Of a DNA stretch of 64,000 nucleotides, positions 58,093-64,000 are shown in pieces. The DNA is from Eledone cirrhosa (lineage: Eukaryota): assembly GCA_964016885.1 (NCBI GenBank), contig OZ024740.1:428730001-428794000 (forward strand), written 5' to 3'. The notes under the pieces are model-generated. The model saw nothing but the letters and a program-made list of their open reading frames with translations, was not told the origin of the DNA and ran no database searches. Position numbers and translations under genes: made by a program. Within the stretch, counting starts at the first letter, position 1. Each line of letters begins with the position of its first letter.

Positions 58093-58097
<5 letters not shown>
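56439..58097. mobile_element. Array of a ~555-bp Helitron-like unit: direct tandem, then inverted tandem
   Basis: 5' TCTATATTATA; 3' hairpin GTCTGACTACAC gt GTGTAGTCAGGC followed by CAAACTAG (56914). Repeats at 56994(+), 57148(-) and 57703(-). Confidence 0.8.
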
Positions 58098-58176
<79 letters not shown>

Positions 58177-58179
<3 letters not shown>

Positions 58180-58428
58180 AGTTAAACAAGATTCAATGAG
58201 TACATCAAAGAATGAGTTTTACAGTAGATTGGAAGCACTCTACAGTAAAATATTTTCCAGAGTTATTAATATTAAAATACAAATATTAATAAAATAGATG
58301 TACTTGTGATCAATTAAATTGTATTACACATATCTGATGAGGACGTACTGTTGTACCTCTGAAATATGTATAATAAAATTAAATTGATCACAAGAACATC
58401 TATTTTATTAATATTTGTATTTTAATAT
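58177..58428. mobile_element. Family X fold-back element with one hammerhead (58331-58375, +)
   Basis: 58268-58330 is inverted relative to ~58365-58428. TAT-CTGATGA-GGAcGTAC tgtt GTACcTCT-GAAA-TATGT-ATA-ATA. Confidence 0.8.
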
Positions 58429-58447
58429 ATATATATATATATATATA

Positions 58448-58902
58448 ACCAAAAGTTAAACAAGGTTCATTGATTAATCAATGAATATAGTTTTACAATA
58501 GATTAGAAGCACTCAACAGTGAGTTTGATGGAGTTATTAATATTAATTCAAAATATTAATAAACATAGACATTCAACGTAATCAAAATATATTTTATTAT
58601 ATATATTTCGGAGGTACTGTGCTGTTTGTTCAGTACGTCCTCATCAGATAAAATATATAAATTGATGTATGACATACCTCAACTGTGCTGATGGTTCAAT
58701 TCCCGTCTTGGCAGTCCAAGACTGGAATTGACTGCCAAGACGGGAATTGAACCATCAGAACAGTTGAGGTATGTCATACATCAATTTATATATTTTATCT
58801 GATGAGGACGTACTGAACAAACAGCACAGTACCTCCGAAATATATATAATAAAATATATTTTGATTACGTTGAATGTCTATGTTTATTAATATTTTGAAT
58901 TT
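58448..58902. mobile_element. Family X fold-back element with hammerheads on both strands
   Basis: 58546-58716 is inverted relative to 58730-58902 and nearly identical. Confidence 0.88.
58788..58859 (+). ncRNA. Type I hammerhead ribozyme (inverse copy 58587-58658, - strand)
   Basis: ATATATTTTAT-CTGATGA-GGAcGTACTG...CAGTACcTCC-GAAA-TATAT-ATA-ATAAAATATAT. Confidence 0.88.
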
Positions 58903-59266
58903 TTATATATATATATATATATAGGCATACACATGCATATAAACGCACACACTCATATACATATATATATATACACACACATACATATAAACACACACAC
59001 TCACATACACAGCCACTTTACTGTGAAACCCAAAATTAAAATATTTTTCTTCCCTCCTACAATATTTTTGTCACTCTCTCACAAAATATTACCCCTCTCT
59101 CACTAAAACATTATACCTTTCTCACCCTCTCTATATGCCACAACATACCTCACTCTCTCTCACTCTCACAATTCCCCCTTTCTCACTAAACCACTATCTG
59201 CCCCTCTCTATATTCAACTACATAACTCACTCTCTTTCACTTCCTGCATAGATAGATAGATAGATA

Positions 59267-59516
59267 TGTTTCTTTATTAGCCACAGGGGCACAAAAGAAG
59301 GAGACAAATACAAAGGGGGAAGTTTACATACAATAAAAACGTGTAAAATATTATCACAAATGTAATTTTAAAATTAGTCGATTTTCCCCAATAGGGGGAG
59401 ACATTTCATATGGGTAACACATACCCCCGAACAAATGTGCAACCCTCATCTCCAGGAGTACGAAGAGTTTGTACTCCTTTCTCCTCCTTTCCTCTTTTTC
59501 CTCAACCTACAGGCTG
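59267..59516 (-). mobile_element. Short 3' fragment of the Tx1/L1-type LINE, flanked by (GATA)n
   Basis: Homologous to 13830-14075 and 59575-59815. Confidence 0.85.
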
Positions 59517-59524
59517 ATATAGAG

Positions 59525-59574
<50 letters not shown>

Positions 59575-59805
59575 ATTTCTATTTATTTGCCACGAGGGCA
59601 CAAAAGAAGGGGACATTTACACAGTGGGGGAGTTTACATAAATCGAGTAAAGAAAAAAGGAATAACAATAATAATATAACAATAAAAAGTCCTCAAAAGG
59701 GAGGGGGCGTGTTGGGGATTGCACATACCCCCGAAAAGTGTGCAACTCTTTTCGCGGGGGAAGCCCAGAGAGGAGGCGCTCCCCCTTTCCTCTTCACTTC
59801 TTCAC

Positions 59806-62800
59806 CTACAGAACAATGTAGAGAGAAGGACCATTTACACGGGCCATTCTCGCTTCTTTCACCCACCTTTCATAAAACTGTCTGGGACCAAGCACTTCTC
59901 TCTCCATCCTGATTCTTCTTCCGAAGTGGTATCGGAAGAAGTAAACCAGGTGATGGCCGGAGAGAAAGTCACCTTTCAGGCGCGTCCACCACACAACCTC
60001 TTTCATCATGGCTATTACGCACAGAAAGACCGCCTCTGCTTCATTTCTGAAGGGAGGAGGCGGCTTGATGTTCACCACAGACTCGGCGGTTAATCGAATC
60101 GGCGCCACACGCGACAGCAGTCATTCGACGTAGCCCCACAGATCGGCAACGCCCGGGCAGTGTACCAGTGCATGCGCAACGGTTTCCTCGTCGCGCACGC
60201 ATCTGGGACAGATCTTTTTCGCGGGATCCCTTCCCGGGCGCCCGTGTCTGTAGAGCTTTTCTCGAATGGGCAGAGCCCCCCGGTAACACTGCCAGGCTAG
60301 GGACCCAGGATTGCAGTTCGGTGAGCGAGACGAGCTGTGGGAAGGCTCGCCTCACAAACGGGGCCCACACCGGCTGACCGTTGAGGAATACCTGTAGATG
60401 CCGTAGCCTCAATGCGTGCCTACGCATCAACAGCCACGGCATACCCAGCCCTCCTTTCGAAGGGTGCTGGCAGCAGATGGATCTCCTCACCATGGGAGGC
60501 CGCTTCTTCCAGAGGAACTGGAAGAGCATGCGTTCCATGATGGTGAGCTTTTCCTTGGGGCAAGGCACGACGGTCAGGCGGTAGTAGATGACGGACGCTA
60601 TGTAAGCGTTCGTCACCTCCGCCCGACCTTTCAGTGATAGTTTGCACTTGGCCCACTTCTGGGTCAGCGCAAACACCCTGCTCGTCACCTCGCCCCAATT
60701 CTTCTCCACCTGGAGGTCCGGTCCGAACCAGACCCCGAGCAGCTTCACCGGGCCCTCCGTCCACCGCCCGACGACACCGTCTAACGGCATCGGTTTGCCC
60801 CTCCACGTTCCGAGTTGCAAACCGACTGACTTGTCCTGGTTCAGCTTAGCCCCCGTCAGCCTTTCGTATTCCTCCAGTAGGGTGGCGATCGCCCCGATTT
60901 CCGAGGCGTCCGCCACCATTACTGTTACGTCGTCAGCATAGGCCGAGACCGCTTTGTGCAATCCCGGTTCCAGGGGTATGCCCCGCAGCAATTCCAACTT
61001 CCGCACCAGTGGCTCGAGAGTCAATACGTACAGAAGGGAGGAGAGGAGGCACCCCTGTCTGATGGATCGGGTGATTAGAAACGGCTCCGAGAGGTAGCCG
61101 TTTACTTTAATCCTAGAGTAGATGTTGCCACTGTGCATGGCAGAAATCCAGCCCCTGAAAACGGGTCCGAAGCCCGCCGCCGCTAGCACCGCATCCAGGT
61201 AACCATGGTCGACCCTATCGAACGCCTTAGATTGATCCAAGTTGATCAGGGCCCCACCAAAGCCGGGTTCGTAGCCAACCCTCTCTATGATGTATCGCAT
61301 GAGGTGGAGGTTGTCGTGAATGGACCTGGACGGGATAGCGCATGTCTGCGCGTCTCCCACCAAACCACCCACCACAAGCGCCAACCTCTTCGCCAACACC
61401 TTGGCCAAAATCTGTAACTCTGCATTCAGCAGAGTTATGGGCCTAAAGTTACTTAAGTCGTCCCCCTTGCTCTCGTCCTTCCTCACTAGCGTGACCACGC
61501 CCTTGGTCACAGAACAGGGAATTCTCCCGTTCTGTTGCCAGTTGCAATAGACAGACTCGAGGAGTTCGGAGAACAAGACCGGCATAGCTAAATAAAGTTC
61601 GTATGGTAGACCATCGAGACCCGGAGATTTGCGTCTGCTGCATTGGCTGAGCGCTTCCCCGATTTCAGTGGCTGTGATTGGCCTTTCGCAGCACTCCGCT
61701 TCGCCTCTCGAAAGACGCGGTAGACCGTCGAGGTATGGACCGAAGTCCACATCCCCGTCCGGCCCCCCGCCCCCTCCGAACAGTCGAGCAAAGTGCCTTT
61801 GAAAGGCCTCGCACATCCGCTCAGGTTCAAGGATCACCCGTCCATCCTGGTCTCGCAAAGACCGAATGGTGGATTTAATCCCACTCTTGGCTTCTGTCAC
61901 GCGGGCCCAGCTAACAGCTTTGGTCCCCTCGTTTCCTAAAGCACGTATTTTACTTCGGACAACGCAGCCTTCGTGCTTCGCGTCAAAGAACTGGCTCAAT
62001 GCCGTTCTCGTCGCTAACACTCTGGCTACGTCTCCGCTCCTAATCGCCTCTTCTAGTTTATCTGTTAACTCCCTTTCCCTCCTATTTCTATTCGCCGCTT
62101 GTTCCTTACTGTAACCTATCGAACTTACTCTAATCTCTCTCTTTAGAGATATCCACCACCTACTGTTGACGATCGCTCCCGTCAACCGCATCTTAACTAA
62201 GCTACTAATCCGGTTTCTGTAATCTTTCTTTGTCGGTAAGGACAAGTTCATCTTCCAGTAACCGGGACCCTGTCTATGCGTTCTATCAAGGTTGACCACG
62301 CAGGTCACTAAATTGTGATCTGAATAGCCAACCATGATCAGTTCTGGACAACTAAATACGTCCCTATCCTTACTCCTAACCAAAAACCTATCTAGGTACG
62401 ATCTAGATTGTCCACTGCGGTTTGCCCAGGTCCAGGTTGGCGCAGTTGGACAATCTAGTCGAAATCTATCGACCAGGTCGAATCGATCGAGTAACCCCTT
62501 GAGGCTGCTACACCCCCCTCTATCGGGACATGCCCCTGCATAGTCCCAACGCGCATCTAGGATTCCATTCCAGTCCCCCACTAAAAGCAGGGAACGCGAC
62601 GTTCCTAGAAAAGTCTCCAGACGCTGGAAGAAGTCGGCTCTTTCCGCCCCGAAGGGAGCATAAAGACCGACCAGTCTGAAAGCCCCGCCTTCACCGCCTC
62701 CGACGTCCAGCACCAGTAATCGACCCCCCGGGTCCGAGTGAACAATCTGTACGTCGAGAGTCAGACGTTTATCCAGCAGTACGGCAACTCCCCCCCGCCT

Positions 62801-62985
62801 CCGGGTTGACAGAGAGATGCGTGCATCTCAAAGTCATCGAAGGCGGGCGCCAGCTGTCTCACGCTGCTGATCCGACTCTCGCAAACAACCATCACATCTA
62901 TACTTTGTGACCTGAGGTCACTTAGAAGCTTTGCTTGCTTCCAAGCTGAGCCCAGGCCACGCGCGTTCAAACAGCCAACTCTCAA
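59806..62985 (-). pseudogene. LINE ORF2 (APE + RT + C-terminal CCHC), disrupted; longest open part 60041-62713
   Basis: CLNARGL, VCES, LYAP, GDWN, YLDR, SDH (APE); KSPGLDG, RPITLLN, DQSKAFDRV, RQGC, YADD (RT); CPRCVRDEETVAHALVHC in a shifted frame. Frameshifts near 62790 and 60290. Confidence 0.93.
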
Positions 62986-62990
62986 TTGAT

Positions 62991-64000
62991 CTATTTTGGT
63001 GTTGAAAGTGAAGAAAGAAAAGCACTTACCTCTCCGGGTTGCGTAATTTCCATGGCATCAGGTGTGTTGGGTGGAGGGATGTTTTGTGGTGGTGTGGGGG
63101 TACACGTGTGTGGTGGGGTTGGGGTATTTGGAGTTGTGTCAGGGAGAGGGGCGGTTATGGGAAAATCTTTCAAGAGGACGCGATTCAACGGTTTTAAACA
63201 GGGGGGGCTCACCTCCCGTCTAAATTGTTCTTTTAAGGAACGATAAAGGTCCAGAAGGACCTTTATCATTTTTAAATGGGTGAAGTTCTCTGTTGAGATA
63301 AAGTTTGGCCCTTCGGTCTGCACCATAGGGTTATTGTTTATTAATTTAACCAGTTTTTTGTTTTCTTTATTTATATATGTGTATTGCAACGTCTTTTTTT
63401 GTGATGCTGTCAATGTTTCGGAGAGGGGAGGCGCAGATTTATTTTTGTTTGTTGAGGGTGGGGTGTTTTTGATTGGAGTTGGTGTTTGTGTGTGGGTTAT
63501 TTGTGGTGTGCTGGGTGTGTGTTTTCTTTTTTTTCTTTTAACTTGTCTGAAGGCTTCTCCTCCTTCTTCTTCAGAAGTTGGGGGAAACTCTTCAGCGCTA
63601 GGTGGGAGGGACGTGTTGTGTGGTTGTTTTTTTTTCGCGGGAGGGGTAGATTTGTTACTGTTTTTTTTATTATTTGTTTGGAATGGGTTTTGTGGTGGTG
63701 GTGGTAATGTTTGTGTCGTGCTTGTGGTTGGTGATGGTGGTGTTTGTGTTGTGGTTGGTGGTGGTGATTTTTGTGTCGTGCTTGTGTTTGGTGCTGGTGG
63801 TGGTGATGTTTGTGTTGTGTTTGTGGTTGGTGGTGTCTGTATTTTGTTTGCTGTGTGTGGTATTAGTGTATTTTTGGAGGTGGGTGGTGTTGGTGTACTG
63901 TTTGTGGTGGGTGTTGGCAATAGTCCTTTTTTGGGGATACGTTTCGGGCAGTTAGCCTTAACGTGTCCCCTTTCCATGCATAAATAGCATGCTGGTCTTC
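62991..64000 (-). CDS. LINE ORF1 C-terminal part (CCHC knuckle and Pro/Thr-rich region)
   Basis: RPACYLCMERGHVKANCP (CX2CX4HX4C) at the window edge; basic motif KRKKRK. Confidence 0.85.
   Translation of the reverse strand, partial: RPACYLCMERGHVKANCPKRIPKKGLLPTPTTNSTPTPPTSKNTLIPHTANKIQTPPTTNTTQTSPPPAPNTSTTQKSPPPTTTQTPPSPTTSTTQTLPPPPQNPFQTNNKKNSNKSTPPAKKKQPHNTSLPPSAEEFPPTSEEEGGEAFRQVKRKKRKHTPSTPQITHTQTPTPIKNTPPSTNKNKSAPPLSETLTASQKKTLQYTYINKENKKLVKLINNNPMVQTEGPNFISTENFTHLKMIKVLLDLYRSLKEQFRREVSPPCLKPLNRVLLKDFPITAPLPDTTPNTPTPPHTCTPTPPQNIPPPNTPDAMEITQPGEVSAFLSSLSTPK

Larger units (their letters stand above)
59573..64000 (-). mobile_element. Tx1/L1-clade non-LTR retrotransposon (runs off the window end)
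   Basis: ORF1 with gag knuckle, ORF2 APE-RT-zinc finger, short 3' UTR with AATAAA, then (TCTA)n. Confidence 0.93.

Noticed and set aside
62991-63029. GTAAGT...TAG mini-intron fusing ORF1 to ORF2
   Set aside because: Only 39 nt; removal keeps the ORF1 frame and reaches TGA two codons later.

Overview
AT-rich, repeat-saturated eukaryotic DNA. The tRNA-derived SINEs, microsatellite load and TE mix suggest a cephalopod such as Octopus (inference). There is no intact host gene, and most ORFs in the track are translations of microsatellites. The window holds four Penelope-like elements (PLEs) with recognisable GIY-YIG sequence (three keep the Neptune-type Cys linker; one has a near-complete RT-EN), a Tx1/L1-type LINE (ORF1 and ORF2), R4/Dong, CRE and RTE LINE fragments, and about 20 SINE copies. 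It also holds a Helitron-like tandem/inverted array, a 13.5-kb CCATA/CCACA satellite with higher-order structure, several minisatellites and a possible decayed 7TM receptor pseudogene. The most notable signal is about 17 type I hammerhead ribozyme (HHR) motifs, read by eye, about 11 of them with an intact or near-intact core. Many lie in short non-coding fold-back elements with an HHR on each strand (36.0-36.4 kb, 50.1-50.5 kb, 58.2-58.9 kb), next to (TA)n tracts. All family assignments come from motif recognition; no database search or folding program was run.
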